A DNA stretch of 64,000 bases from Candidatus Nanoarchaeia archaeon (GTDB lineage Archaea; Nanobdellota; Nanobdellia; Woesearchaeales; UBA525): positions 13,390-77,389 of the forward strand of contig JANQNB010000023.1 of NCBI GenBank assembly GCA_028279755.1, given 5' to 3'. The notes beneath the pieces were generated by a model. It searched no databases and was not told where the DNA came from. It saw only the letters and a list, made by a program, of their open reading frames with translations. Shown here piece by piece: positions 44,512 to 55,077 of the stretch (its first letter is position 1; each line of letters opens with the position of its first letter). The translations under genes were made by a program, and so were the position numbers.

Positions 44512-46011
44512 ATGAAGGATGCAGCAATTGCTGAAGATGTTTCTGCCAGATTTGTCCAATACTGCGAGATTGACACGGGCTCGCTAGAAGCGGTCGAAGA
44601 AGTGCCGTCAACGCCCGGACAGCGAGAACTCGCCGAGCTGCTTGGAGAGCAAGCTGAGGACATGGGATATCAAGCAGACCTGATGCCGTTCGGGTTGCGG
44701 GTCAGGACAAGAAACGATCTCGCCAATCGGACACCTATCGCGTTCGGTGCGCATCTGGATACGAGTGAAGATGCAGCGAACGAAGGTGTTGTTGTGCACA
44801 CACACGACTACAAAGGCGGAGACATCAAGCTCGCGAATGGAGCAGTTATCTCGCCGGACCGGTTCGCTGGATTGGAAAAATATGTTGGCGATACAATCTT
44901 CACATCAACTGGCGAAACCTTGCTCGGGGGCGACGACAAAGCCGGTCTCGCCGCGATCATGACATTCCTGAAATTAATGCAAGTGCAAGGCACACCTCAC
45001 GGTCGGATCGACTGCCTGTTCACCTATGATGAAGAAACAGGATTGTGCGGAGCAGAACGAGTGAATCCGAACGAGGATACCGACGCGAGGTATATCTACG
45101 TCTTCGACAATGTCGACGGTGAGCTCGGCACTGACACATTCAACGCAGCCGGCGCGACACTGACCATTCCATCTCATGAAGTCGAACGGTTCCAAGGCTA
45201 TGGTGCGACGATCAGACTCAATGGTGTTGCTGCATTTCCCGGCCATGGCAAGAGCAAAGGGATGATCGATGCGTTCCGCAACCTACCTCTCGTGCTCAGG
45301 ACCATCCAAGAGGCGAATGGCATTGTCACAAGGATCGATGGCGGCTGGGGCGGCATCGACATCGAAGCAGTTGTCCCGTCAGAAAGGGATCTTGCATTCT
45401 TCTACGTGCTCAATGACAAGCGTTTCAGCGATGGCACGCAAGCTGTGGTGCACAAGATCGGGAGCGCCCAAAGCGTGTTTGGCGGCTATGATCTCTCAGC
45501 AGTTGCCCAGCACATTCTGGGGGTCCCGTACGATATCTCTGCAGAACAGACTGACGGGGCTCAAGGCTATGTCCAGCCACGGAATATCGTCACGAAAGAC
45601 GGCCAGGTTGTGCTTGGTACCTTGCTCCGCAGCTTCCAGCTGGACGAGCTCGAGCGCTTCAAAGCCATGGTACGTGCTTCCACTCCAGGAGTGGAGATCG
45701 AGGATCAGTACCGCAACATGGCAGAAGCCCTCGAAGAGACGCCAGAGATCGTTAAAGTGGCACAATGGGCAATGACACAGGCAGGAGTCGCAGATATCCG
45801 GAGCCCCCACACGCGTGGCGGCACAGAATCTGCTGTCTACACCCTTGCTTGGGGACTAACAGAGAATGGGAGAAGAATACCCTCTGTCAATCTCGGCGCG
45901 TTCGGCGATGGTTACCATACAGAACTGGAATGGGCGTCGCTCGGCGGCATGATGCGAGCAGTCAAGACAGCACAGTTCTTGAGGCAAGCAGCTGTTGATG
46001 GGCTCTTGTAA
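44512..46011 (+). CDS. M20-family peptidase, peptidase T-like
   Basis: GAHLDTS, LLGGDDKAGLAAIM and FTYDEETGLCGA motifs, with GGAGGGGG upstream. Confidence 0.75.
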   Translation: MKDAAIAEDVSARFVQYCEIDTGSLEAVEEVPSTPGQRELAELLGEQAEDMGYQADLMPFGLRVRTRNDLANRTPIAFGAHLDTSEDAANEGVVVHTHDYKGGDIKLANGAVISPDRFAGLEKYVGDTIFTSTGETLLGGDDKAGLAAIMTFLKLMQVQGTPHGRIDCLFTYDEETGLCGAERVNPNEDTDARYIYVFDNVDGELGTDTFNAAGATLTIPSHEVERFQGYGATIRLNGVAAFPGHGKSKGMIDAFRNLPLVLRTIQEANGIVTRIDGGWGGIDIEAVVPSERDLAFFYVLNDKRFSDGTQAVVHKIGSAQSVFGGYDLSAVAQHILGVPYDISAEQTDGAQGYVQPRNIVTKDGQVVLGTLLRSFQLDELERFKAMVRASTPGVEIEDQYRNMAEALEETPEIVKVAQWAMTQAGVADIRSPHTRGGTESAVYTLAWGLTENGRRIPSVNLGAFGDGYHTELEWASLGGMMRAVKTAQFLRQAAVDGLL

Positions 46012-46082
46012 ACCCATTTCTTCCATTATTTGTTGGAGTAAAATGAGGTCATCTTAATTATTTTCCATATAGAAATATATTC

Positions 46083-47651
46083 TTGTCACTGGACAAAGAT
46101 ATAAACCGCCAGCATGTTCAAGGCGTGACGGTGGGTGCAAAGGGACTGATCATCAGCGGCAGCTTTGGCGAATTATTGGCACGGCAGAAAGCAAGCGAGG
46201 AATTCGAGCTCGGAGAGCTTCTCATAGCAGAATCGGCTGATGCGAAGACGCTGATGCAGGTGTACGATCTGCTCTATGGGAGTCAGGTGAGTGAGCAAAA
46301 TCTTGAACTGATCTCTGGCATGACGCTTGAGGAAGGCACGTCCCTGGAGTTCATGGATCCGCATCTTCGTAATTATACCTTGGCAAAGCTCAAGAGCCTG
46401 ATCACAATACCAAAAGAAAGCAAGAAGAAATACAAAGCGAGCAAAGCCTTGCCTGGTTTCTTCAGCGAATTGCTCGAGGTTGAGAAGCAGGACATCAACT
46501 TCATCACCAAGCCGAAGAATCCCTTATTCCTCGGCGATATGCGATCCGGGTCGAAAGTGCTGGAGCTTCCTCTGTTCCTTGATGGCAAGAAAGCCCTGAG
46601 CCATCATGTTTTAGTGCCTGCGACAACAGGTCGCGGCAAGTCTAACCTGGTCAAATGCTTGCTCTGGAAGCTCGCAGCAGAAGATTACGCCGGAATGCTT
46701 GTGCTGGATCCGCATGACGAGTATTACAACGCAGAACCAGGATTGAAACAGCATCCAGCAAAGGACAAAATCAAGTATTATTCTCCTGAACCATTACCTG
46801 GCACTGATTCCTTGGTGTTCAATCTCAAAGATGTCACGCCAGACCATTTCAGCGGCGCTGTCGACTGGAGCACGCCGCAGAAAGAAGCGCTGAGCGCGTA
46901 CTGGAAAAAATTCGGCAAGGAATGGATTGAAGCAGTCGTCCTCGAGAAACCGTTGGATAATAAGTATCACGAAGGAACGCTGGGGGTGATCAGGAGAAGG
47001 GTTATGGACTTGCTCTCCTTGACCTGGGACGGCGAAAAATTGCACAGTGATGGCATTTTCAAACTCAATGCTGGCGCGTCGACGATCACTGACATCGTGA
47101 AAGCGATCATGGACGCAAAGATCGTCGTTGTCGACACAAGCGGTTTCGACGGACGCGAAGAAATTCTCATAGGAAGCATGATCACGACAGAGTTGTTCAA
47201 GGCGTACAAGCGCGCGAAGACAAAAGGAACGTTGAAAGACACGCCTGTTGCGTCGATTGTTCTGGAGGAAGCCCCCCGTGTTTTGGGTAGAGAGGTTCTG
47301 GAGAAAGGTCGTAACATCTTCTCGACGATCGCGCGCGAAGGCCGGAAGTTCAACGTCGGCTTGCTGGCGATCACGCAATTGCCAAGCCTTATTCCCCGCC
47401 AGATACTGGCGAACATGAACACCAAGATCATCCTTGGCATCGAGATGAAACCAGAGCGGCAAGCGATCATCGAGAGCGCGGCGCAGGACCTGTCGCAGGA
47501 CGATCGCGCGATCGCGAGTTTAGACAAAGGCGAAGCGATCGTGACAAGCAACTTCGCGCCGTTCGCCTTGCCAGTGTATGTTCCCTTATTCGATACCATC
47601 GTTGAAACACGTAGAGATAACACGCAGCGTGCGTACCCGGGATTGGGATGA
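46083..47651 (+). CDS. HerA-like (DUF87/COG0433) P-loop ATPase
   Basis: [17 protein letters not shown] (Walker A), [10 protein letters not shown] (Walker B) and [33 protein letters not shown]. The TTG start at 46083 sits just after a TATA-like box, so GTG 46125 is a plausible alternative. Confidence 0.8.
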   Translation: MSLDKDINRQHVQGVTVGAKGLIISGSFGELLARQKASEEFELGELLIAESADAKTLMQVYDLLYGSQVSEQNLELISGMTLEEGTSLEFMDPHLRNYTLAKLKSLITIPKESKKKYKASKALPGFFSELLEVEKQDINFITKPKNPLFLGDMRSGSKVLELPLFLDGKKALSHHVLVPATTGRGKSNLVKCLLWKLAAEDYAGMLVLDPHDEYYNAEPGLKQHPAKDKIKYYSPEPLPGTDSLVFNLKDVTPDHFSGAVDWSTPQKEALSAYWKKFGKEWIEAVVLEKPLDNKYHEGTLGVIRRRVMDLLSLTWDGEKLHSDGIFKLNAGASTITDIVKAIMDAKIVVVDTSGFDGREEILIGSMITTELFKAYKRAKTKGTLKDTPVASIVLEEAPRVLGREVLEKGRNIFSTIAREGRKFNVGLLAITQLPSLIPRQILANMNTKIILGIEMKPERQAIIESAAQDLSQDDRAIASLDKGEAIVTSNFAPFALPVYVPLFDTIVETRRDNTQRAYPGLG

Positions 47652-47986
47652 ATAGAATCGTCGTCAAATCAGACCGTCGCATCAGCCTCGACGCACTGTT
47701 CCGGCTCTTGTGTAAGAACGAAAGCCAGTTGGTAGGCAAGGTCAGGGCGTCACGAGGGTTCCCGCGTATTCCAATGTGGGGCTCGCCTAGGAAAATCGCC
47801 GCATACATGGAACTGCTGAAAGGCGAGTTTCCCTTTGTTCCATGGAGCTATGAGCCTGAAGAAACACACCTGGGGGATCGCATCCGGTATCGGTATCATT
47901 GCCGGCGTGTTGTCGATAGCGGCAACGATTTCACCAATTGCGCAGAGGAACGGGTCACCATAACATTGTACAGGAGAGTTGCATGA
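47648..47986 (+). CDS. ORFan (112 aa) translationally coupled to the HerA-like gene
   Basis: ATGA overlaps at both ends; no recognisable motif. Confidence 0.5.
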   Translation: MNRIVVKSDRRISLDALFRLLCKNESQLVGKVRASRGFPRIPMWGSPRKIAAYMELLKGEFPFVPWSYEPEETHLGDRIRYRYHCRRVVDSGNDFTNCAEERVTITLYRRVA

Positions 47987-48363
47987 TGGCAGTCGCGGTG
48001 CGGGAACAACCTGAGTTTGAGCTCTTGGTAGATCGTATCATACTTTGCGAAGAAGCCACCCGAATACTCAAACAGAACAGGCACGCCCACATTGAATGGG
48101 AAGGTCCTGATGAGGTTAAGAGGGAAAGCTTAATGGCTTTGAACGATGCAGTAATGCGTCCCAGACCTCTACGCTTGTACGGCGATTTCTACTGTTACTG
48201 GCAGGTCCGTCATCGTACCTGGGACATCACACTGGGATCATTCCGACATCGTTTTGACTTCATCTGGACACCTCGCGGGGAGAATCCTCAGTTCGGTGAT
48301 CATTATACCTACGCACGACGACAAATTTCTACAACATTCGCGAATCACGAGAGATATGCATGA
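47983..48363 (+). CDS. ORFan (126 aa), Trp/Arg/His/Tyr-rich
   Basis: Start MMAVAVREQ at the ATGA overlap, with CAGGAGAG upstream. The stop overlaps the Nudix start. Confidence 0.5.
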   Translation: MMAVAVREQPEFELLVDRIILCEEATRILKQNRHAHIEWEGPDEVKRESLMALNDAVMRPRPLRLYGDFYCYWQVRHRTWDITLGSFRHRFDFIWTPRGENPQFGDHYTYARRQISTTFANHERYA

Positions 48364-48827
48364 AACTCGCGACGCTTGTCTATGTTCGCCGTGACGGCAA
48401 GACCCTGATGGTGCAGCGCGGCAAGAAAGCGAACGACATGCACGCAGGCGTGTGGAACGGGCTCGGCGGCAAGATGGAAGGGGACGAGACTGCCGAGCAA
48501 TGCGCTATCCGCGAGCTTGAGGAAGAGACCGGACTTGTCGCGACAGCAGTGACTGAGAAAGGCGTGCTGAACTTCCCTGCGAATGTCGAAGGCAGCGGGG
48601 AAGCATGGAAGGTCTGGGTGTATGAGGTCACAGAATTCGCTGGCGAGCTGCGCGACGATTGCCCTGAAGGTGAACTCGAATGGGTTGATGACGAGAAAGT
48701 GCTTGACCTGCCATTGAACGAAGGCGATTACATCTGGATGAAGTGGTTCTACGACAATAAGCATTTCGACGGCACCTTTGTCTACGACAAGAAGAAATTG
48801 CAGGATTGGAGCGTTGTTTTTAGCTAA
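48360..48827 (+). CDS. Nudix hydrolase (MutT-like)
   Basis: Nudix box GGKMEGDETAEQCAIRELEEETGL. Confidence 0.85.
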   Translation: MKLATLVYVRRDGKTLMVQRGKKANDMHAGVWNGLGGKMEGDETAEQCAIRELEEETGLVATAVTEKGVLNFPANVEGSGEAWKVWVYEVTEFAGELRDDCPEGELEWVDDEKVLDLPLNEGDYIWMKWFYDNKHFDGTFVYDKKKLQDWSVVFS

Positions 48828-49543
48828 GGCCTCGCCAGGTTCCACAGGAATTCGAATTGCTTTCTATGGCTGTCGGCGATGCGTTGGCTTTCGATGACGA
48901 TGAGGTGCATCGGATCGCCACGATGGAACAAGTATACTTTGTTCTGGTGAATCGTGGTCATCGTACCACCGAAGGCCGCAGGATCGATCTCACGATAGTC
49001 GATGTGCGGCTCTGGCAAGCGCGTCCCGCCTTCTGCGATGACAATCCGTTCTTTAGTGTCATTCTCCTGCAGCACTGTAAAGTACTGCTTGAGATAGATC
49101 GGTTCGACAGTGCTCGCGAAGTCCTCATCCACGCTCAGGATCAGGATAGTGTCGTTGTGTCGAACATTCGCAGCGATGTCCTTGAGCATGGTACGGAACG
49201 CGCGCCTCCCTTTATGCAGCTCGATCCGTGTTTCTTCCTTCTGTTCAGTGAAGAGCTGGCTCAACTGCGGCAAGACCTGATCCAGTTGCTTGAGTTGCAT
49301 CTCCACACCGTCGCGCAGCACCTTTGGATCCTGCGCCTGGTAGTGCTTCTTTTTCCCGACGAGCACAGTATTGACGATGCCGCGCTCGAGCAGCCGGTCA
49401 AGGGTGTCGTAGATATAGCTCCGATGAAGCCCTGTCACTTCTGCAAGCCTGGTCGGGTTGAGCGCTGTGTGCCTGAGCAAGGCGAGGTATACTTTGATCT
49501 CGTTGCTTGTCAGCCCGAGTTCGCGCAGTTCTGCTTCGAACAT
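48824..49543 (-). CDS. TrmB-family transcriptional regulator
   Basis: Start MFEAELRELGLTSNEIKVYLALLRHTALNPTRLAEVTGLHRSYIYDTLDRLLERGIV (wHTH), followed by a C-terminal TrmB-type effector domain. Confidence 0.75.
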   Translation of the reverse strand: MFEAELRELGLTSNEIKVYLALLRHTALNPTRLAEVTGLHRSYIYDTLDRLLERGIVNTVLVGKKKHYQAQDPKVLRDGVEMQLKQLDQVLPQLSQLFTEQKEETRIELHKGRRAFRTMLKDIAANVRHNDTILILSVDEDFASTVEPIYLKQYFTVLQENDTKERIVIAEGGTRLPEPHIDYREIDPAAFGGTMTTIHQNKVYLFHRGDPMHLIVIESQRIADSHRKQFEFLWNLARP

Positions 49544-49657
49544 ACTGACAAGCGATGGAAAGGAGTTTATAATTATTTCGTAAGATATCTTACGACAAAG
49601 CTTTAAGTAGAAAAACTCATTATTTATTATCACAAAGTAACAATTGGGGGGAGTATC

Positions 49658-50296
49658 ATGGAAATAGTTCAAAAACGACCAACTGTGGTCTATGACATTC
49701 TCGGGCCAATGTATCACTATGATGCAGCAGGATGGCCTGAGGACAAAGGGGCGGTAGTACCGCTTATTGAGCTCATCAAGAGACATAATTTTGCAGCAGC
49801 GACGCTACGAGAAGAATCAGAAGTGGAAGAACGAATGCTTGCTTCTGGGCTTACAACACCATTAATCACGCCAGGATTCGTTGAAAGCGCGATATACGTG
49901 CAGCGAGCAGGCGGGCTACCGGTTATCGTTACTGCAGGTACGCCAGGCACTGCAGCCATCACCCTCGAAGCAGCTGCGAGGGATTATCAAGAACGAACCG
50001 GAGAGCGTGTCGACATGGCCAGGTTATTCCCTGATTCGTGTGTCCATAGCACCCTTGACATCGGAAGCAAAGCAGAGCCAGCCACGTGGATGCGAGCAGT
50101 GTGGGAGAACCACGGGATCGTGCCTGTCGTCGCCACATATGAAGATTCTCTGAAGAACCTTGAAGCAGCCACTGCAGGACTACAAGGGCATGGTTTCCAT
50201 GTTGTCCACGACGGCCCTATTCAGCGCGTTGCGCCAAATCTTTATAAGGGCAGCATGCGCGCCCTGCAACCAGTGCTTGAAGAGCTGTGCAGGTGA
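49658..50296 (+). CDS. hypothetical protein
   Basis: 212-aa ORF with GGGGGAG upstream and no confident motif. Confidence 0.5.
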   Translation: MEIVQKRPTVVYDILGPMYHYDAAGWPEDKGAVVPLIELIKRHNFAAATLREESEVEERMLASGLTTPLITPGFVESAIYVQRAGGLPVIVTAGTPGTAAITLEAAARDYQERTGERVDMARLFPDSCVHSTLDIGSKAEPATWMRAVWENHGIVPVVATYEDSLKNLEAATAGLQGHGFHVVHDGPIQRVAPNLYKGSMRALQPVLEELCR

Positions 50297-50300
50297 CCAT

Positions 50301-51629
50301 ATGCCGCGACTTGATCACGAGAAATACGATTTCTTGTGGAAAGTCGATAATATCTCATTTCTTTTTACCAGTTATTGGCTTCATGGTCTCTATCGTAAGA
50401 TCGACTGCTTCATCGCGTGCAAAGGAAGCGATTGGAGCTTCTACATAGAGAAAGAAGAGCGGGCACGGCTGTCAAAACAAGGCTTGAAGCTTTTCGAGGA
50501 AGAGTTGAAGCCCTTCAAGAAAGAGATGGGTGTTGTCCTTGCAGAGGCCGACAAGCTCTTTCCGGAAATCGAGGCATGCGATCCGAGGACCTTCTCTGAT
50601 GAGCGGCTGGCCGACGCGTTCAAACAGCTCGTCGTGTTCGCTCAGCGTCTCTGGGAGCTCTTCTTCCACACTGAATATTTCAACCACGACCTGGTACAAG
50701 AAAAAGCTGAAACGCTGGGGATTATAGGTAACGAATACCTCACGAGTAGTCCGAAAGAAGTCATTCAGTCAAAAGAGCGCTATGAGCGCTGCAAACTCTC
50801 ACTTCACTCAACTCCTGAAGCGATCAAGAAGCACGCGAAGAAATACAGTTTCATCAAGTACAACGAGTCAGGACCAACCCTCACGCCACAGATGCTCACA
50901 GAAGAACTGGCAACTATCACCAGTCCTGAAAAGATCATCGATGAAATCGATGCGAAGCACGACGCTGTCATCGCAAAACGCAAGGAGCATCCCCTCGCCA
51001 CCGCGATTCGCGAGATGGCAGAGCTCAAGTTCATCGTCCGGAGCTATATCAATAAGCTGTGGTTCGGCAACAACCTTATGAAGAGGTATCTCGACGAGAT
51101 TCAGAAGCGTACCGGCATCCAGAATTTTGACAACTATGACTGGCACGAAGTGCTCCGGGCACTGAAAGGGGAAAAAGTCGACGTCCCAAAACGCGACGTG
51201 TATGTCTGGGGAAAATTCAATGATTGGGAACCAGTCATTGGCGAGGAAGCGCGGCCGTTGGTCGATCAAATCATGAGCATCAAGCCCGGACAGACGACCA
51301 TGACCGGCATGATCGGCAACCGAGGTACGTACACTGGCACCGTCAAGATCATTCCTTTCGACGTCGAAGCAGACCTGCCAAGCCTGATTGCAGAGATGAA
51401 GCAAGGCCAAGTTCTTGTCACTGGTTCAACCGGCCCGGAGATGATCAAAGCATGCCACAAAGCAGGCGCGATCGTGACAGAAGAAGGGGGGATCTGCAGC
51501 CATGCCGCGATCGTCTCGCGCGAGCTTGGGATCCCATGCGTCATCAGGACGGAAATCGCGACACGCATTCTCAAAGACGGTGATCGTGTCGAAGTCGACG
51601 CAGAACGCGGCATCGTGCGGAAGCTCTAG
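50301..51629 (+). CDS. PEP-utilising mobile-domain protein, paralogue 5
   Basis: Start MPRLDHEKYDFLWK, with AGGTGA 5 nt upstream. C-terminal GQVLVTGSTGPEMIKACHKAGAIVTEEGGICSHAAIVSRELGIPCVIR. Confidence 0.75.
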   Translation: MPRLDHEKYDFLWKVDNISFLFTSYWLHGLYRKIDCFIACKGSDWSFYIEKEERARLSKQGLKLFEEELKPFKKEMGVVLAEADKLFPEIEACDPRTFSDERLADAFKQLVVFAQRLWELFFHTEYFNHDLVQEKAETLGIIGNEYLTSSPKEVIQSKERYERCKLSLHSTPEAIKKHAKKYSFIKYNESGPTLTPQMLTEELATITSPEKIIDEIDAKHDAVIAKRKEHPLATAIREMAELKFIVRSYINKLWFGNNLMKRYLDEIQKRTGIQNFDNYDWHEVLRALKGEKVDVPKRDVYVWGKFNDWEPVIGEEARPLVDQIMSIKPGQTTMTGMIGNRGTYTGTVKIIPFDVEADLPSLIAEMKQGQVLVTGSTGPEMIKACHKAGAIVTEEGGICSHAAIVSRELGIPCVIRTEIATRILKDGDRVEVDAERGIVRKL

Positions 51630-51665
51630 ACAACATTTTAATACTAAGCCTTTCTTATTCCTTTC

Positions 51666-51983
51666 ATGAACGTGCTCTTCGTCTGCAATCAGAATCTCCA
51701 CCGGAGCGCGACTGCCGCTGAAATCTTCAAGAAAGAGTTTACCACCCAATCAGCAGGACTCTACAGCGAGCCTGCCATCACACGTGAAGAGATGTCCTGG
51801 GCGGATCTCATCATCGTCATGGAGGATTTTCAGCGCACTGAACTCTCCAGACGCTTCCCAAAACTCTATCTTCAGAAGCGGATCCTCTCACTGGACATCC
51901 CTGATTTCTATGGTTATATGCAACCAGAACTCATCACCTTGCTGCACACAAAGATGGAAAATCTACTGGAGCCACCGCTCTAG
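51666..51983 (+). CDS. low-molecular-weight phosphotyrosine phosphatase / ArsC-like protein
   Basis: N-terminal VLFVCNQNLHRS matches the CX5R(S/T) P-loop. Confidence 0.7.
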   Translation: MNVLFVCNQNLHRSATAAEIFKKEFTTQSAGLYSEPAITREEMSWADLIIVMEDFQRTELSRRFPKLYLQKRILSLDIPDFYGYMQPELITLLHTKMENLLEPPL

Positions 51984-51999
51984 CAGCTTTTATGTTTGT

Positions 52000-52851
52000 T
52001 CACCGCAACACGTGATAGAATGCTTCGAAGATGGGTGTATCGCTCGTGACTGAAACAAAGGCACAGTCAGTTTCCTCGCACAGGCTTTTCAGCTTCATGA
52101 TGTGATGCATGAGCTTGTTCTGATAGTCGCTCTTCATCCGCCTGCTGATAAACGTGCGCATCTTGTCGTGCGTCTCCGCGTCCTCGAGCAGGACGTCGCC
52201 AGAGAGCGCAAGTTCCCGCTCCGCAGGATCCAGCACCTGGATGACGTAGACCTCGCTGCGCCGGTAGCGGTGGAGGATCTCCTCGACCTCGTCGAGGTTG
52301 TAGAGGAAATCGCTGATCAGCACGATCAACGAACGGCCGCTGATATTCTTCTTGTACTCGTCCATCGCGTGCTTGAACCCGGACTCGCCATCAGCCTTCA
52401 GCTTGCTCATGATGTCCAGGATGTGGATCAATTGGTTCGTGCCTTTCTTCGGCCGCAGCCTTTTGACTTTCTCGCTGAACGTGGCAAAGGTGAATTTCTC
52501 GTTGCGCTTGACTGCCATGTATGAGAAACCAAGGCCGAGCATGGCCGCGTATTCGAATTTCTTCATGTGCTTGCCGTAGTTCATCGAGCCAGAGCTGTCG
52601 ACAAGGATGTGCACGACGAGATTGCGCTCTTCCTCGAAACGGCGCACGAAGAATTTATCTGTGCGAGCGAAGATGTTCCAGTCGATGTGCCGGAAGTCGT
52701 CGCCTGGCACGTAGGCCTTGTAATCCTGGAAGATCAGGCCCTGGCCCTGCGCCGCTGCCTGGTGCTCGCCATGCAGGTCAGCATGCACCTTCTTCTTCAG
52801 GATCAGCTGCAAGCGATCCAGCGATTTCAGGAAATCAAGGCTGATTGCCAT
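52000..52851 (-). CDS. DUF58 (vWA-like) protein of the MoxR operon
   Basis: DYKAYVPGDDFRHIDWNIFARTDKFFVRRFEEERN ... ILVDSSGSM. Confidence 0.8.
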   Translation of the reverse strand: MAISLDFLKSLDRLQLILKKKVHADLHGEHQAAAQGQGLIFQDYKAYVPGDDFRHIDWNIFARTDKFFVRRFEEERNLVVHILVDSSGSMNYGKHMKKFEYAAMLGLGFSYMAVKRNEKFTFATFSEKVKRLRPKKGTNQLIHILDIMSKLKADGESGFKHAMDEYKKNISGRSLIVLISDFLYNLDEVEEILHRYRRSEVYVIQVLDPAERELALSGDVLLEDAETHDKMRTFISRRMKSDYQNKLMHHIMKLKSLCEETDCAFVSVTSDTPIFEAFYHVLR

Positions 52852-52852
52852 C

Positions 52853-53800
52853 CTACTTCAGCAACTCTCCGACCACGTCGTCTGTCGTCTTGCCTTCGCG
52901 CTCTGCCTTGAACGAGAGCACGATCCTGTGGCGCAGCACCGGGTATGCCATTTCCTCGATGTCCTTGAGGCTGACATACTTGCGCCCGTCGATGAGCGCA
53001 CGCGCCTTTGCCGCCATAATGACACCAAGGCTTGCTCGCGGACTCGCGCCGTACTCGATCAGGTCTGGCACGCTGCGCGTCTTCGCCACGATCTCCACGG
53101 CCCGCCGCTTGATGTCGTTCGCGATCGGCACCTGCCGTGTCAGCTTCTGCAGCAATTTGAGCGAATCCCCGCTCAAGAGCGTCTTCAATTTTGCAACTGC
53201 CTGCGCGCGCGTATAGCGTTCCACGATCTCGAGCTCGTCGTCCATCTTCGGATAGTCGATCAGGATCTTCAGCAGAAACCTGTCAGTCTGCGCTTCCGGC
53301 AACGGATACGTCCCTTCCTGGTCGATAGGGTTCTGCGTCGCGAGCACGAAGAACGGCAGGTCCAGGGGGAAGGTCTGGTTCCCGACTGTGACTTGCTTCT
53401 CCTGCATGCTTTCCAAGAGCGCGGCCTGCGTCTTCGGCGTGGCACGGTTGATCTCATCCATCAGGATGATGTTCGCGAAGATCGGGCCTTTCTGGAACTT
53501 GAAGATCTTCTTCCCGTCCTTCTCCTCGATCACGTAGGTGCCGATGATGTCGCTGGGCATTAAATCCGGCGTTCCCTGGATTCGGGCGAACTTCAGGCCC
53601 ATTACTTCAGCGATGGCCTTGATCATGCTCGTCTTTCCCAGGCCAGGATAGCTTTCCAATAATGCGTTCGCATCGCACAGGATCGCGACGAGAATCTGCT
53701 GCATCACGTCTTCCTGACCGATGATCTTCTTCGCGACTTCGCTCGTCACATTCGTGAAGGTCGCCTTGAGTTTCTCTATGTTTTTGACCGTGTCTGCCAT
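52853..53800 (-). CDS. MoxR-family AAA+ ATPase
   Basis: IIGQEDVMQQILVAILCDANALLESYPGLGKT...IQGTPDLMPSDIIGT...ILMDEINRATPKTQAALLE. Confidence 0.88.
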   Translation of the reverse strand: MADTVKNIEKLKATFTNVTSEVAKKIIGQEDVMQQILVAILCDANALLESYPGLGKTSMIKAIAEVMGLKFARIQGTPDLMPSDIIGTYVIEEKDGKKIFKFQKGPIFANIILMDEINRATPKTQAALLESMQEKQVTVGNQTFPLDLPFFVLATQNPIDQEGTYPLPEAQTDRFLLKILIDYPKMDDELEIVERYTRAQAVAKLKTLLSGDSLKLLQKLTRQVPIANDIKRRAVEIVAKTRSVPDLIEYGASPRASLGVIMAAKARALIDGRKYVSLKDIEEMAYPVLRHRIVLSFKAEREGKTTDDVVGELLK

Positions 53801-53809
53801 ATGGTCACC

Positions 53810-54595
53810 TCATTTGATCTTCTGCGAGTAGTCCGCAGCTGTCTCTCGATCCTTAATGTTTGTCAGCCCGCCGGTGTAGGCCTCGCTCGCCTGCGCCGAC
53901 ACGTCGACAGGATAGCTGTCAGGGACGTCTGAGCTTGGGTCAGCCTCGTCCACTGTGGTGAAATCGATGCGGTTCAGGCTCTGCTCGAGCTTGATGTCCA
54001 GGTCCTCGTCGCCGAGACGGGCGATGCTCGGGTCGCCGTAGATGTCGTCGTCAGCGCCTTCGAGATCGATGCCTTCCACCCCTTCGTCGCCGACAAGGCC
54101 GCCAAAGTAGCCGTCGAACTTTTCCTTCATGCCGGGCAGAGGGTTCTCGAACTTCTGGATGTTCACGTTGAAGAATGCCAGGCTCACCAAAGTCAGGCTG
54201 AGCACGAACATTGCCGCCACCTTGAACCCGATCTGCTTGAAGTCGAGGAACGTTCCACTCGAAACTTCGCGCATCTTCTCGATCAGGTCGGCGAAGAGCG
54301 CGTGCGCCATCAGATTCTCCTCGGATTTATTGTCAGCAGCAGTGCGGAGCATCTCCCGGATTTCCGGATTGCGATCCTCGATGTATTTCAGGCTGAGCTG
54401 CCGGGCGCGCCACCAGACATCACCGGCAAGGAAGAGTACTGCTACCAGTAAGGGCAGCATGACCCCGATGCCGAAGATGCTGAGCAGCAGGAGCAAGACG
54501 AGGAAGACGACGGTCGCGTCGAGAAACGCGTTGAGGATGATTACTTTGAGCATCTCAAAGCGGATCTCGTTCAGGAGAGAATTGATCGCTGCCAT
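53810..54595 (-). CDS. membrane protein of the MoxR/vWA operon
   Basis: 261 aa with 3-4 TM helices and an acidic C-terminal half. Its start overlaps the upstream stop by 1 nt. Confidence 0.5.
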   Translation of the reverse strand: MAAINSLLNEIRFEMLKVIILNAFLDATVVFLVLLLLLSIFGIGVMLPLLVAVLFLAGDVWWRARQLSLKYIEDRNPEIREMLRTAADNKSEENLMAHALFADLIEKMREVSSGTFLDFKQIGFKVAAMFVLSLTLVSLAFFNVNIQKFENPLPGMKEKFDGYFGGLVGDEGVEGIDLEGADDDIYGDPSIARLGDEDLDIKLEQSLNRIDFTTVDEADPSSDVPDSYPVDVSAQASEAYTGGLTNIKDRETAADYSQKIK

Positions 54596-55077
54596 CAGCT
54601 CGCTGCCTCACACGCATCAAGATCGTCCTTCAGGTCCTGTTTCTGGGACTGGAGCACTGCCACATCGTCTTCGAGATCCTCGATGTCAGCAGCCAGGCTG
54701 GAGATGTTGAGCAAGGCCTTGCTGTAGAGCTCCTTGAACTGCTCTTTCTGCAGGGTCATCGAATTGAGATCTGCCTGGGTCGCGTCTAGCTCGTCCTTCT
54801 TGCTTTCGAGTTCTGACACTTTCTGTCCGTAGAGCGTGTCGTACTTGGCGATGTCCTGGCTGGTCTCGTTCAGCTCTGATTCGCGCTCTTCCAGCACGTC
54901 CATGTAGTTCTCCAGGGCGGCACGGCACTCGCTCAGGTTCAGCGAGGTTGTCTCGAACTGGTCGGTCCGTTGCTGCAGGCTGCGCTGGTAGAGCACGGTC
55001 GAGCCTGTGGCCACGAGTACGAGCACGAGGATGAGCCCGATGAGCGCGAGGTTGATGTTCTTACCGAGGAATCCCAT
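54595..55077 (-). CDS. membrane-anchored coiled-coil protein
   Basis: N-terminal TM (INLALIGLILVLVLVATG) followed by heptad-rich sequence of about 120 aa. Confidence 0.5.
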   Translation of the reverse strand: MGFLGKNINLALIGLILVLVLVATGSTVLYQRSLQQRTDQFETTSLNLSECRAALENYMDVLEERESELNETSQDIAKYDTLYGQKVSELESKKDELDATQADLNSMTLQKEQFKELYSKALLNISSLAADIEDLEDDVAVLQSQKQDLKDDLDACEAAS

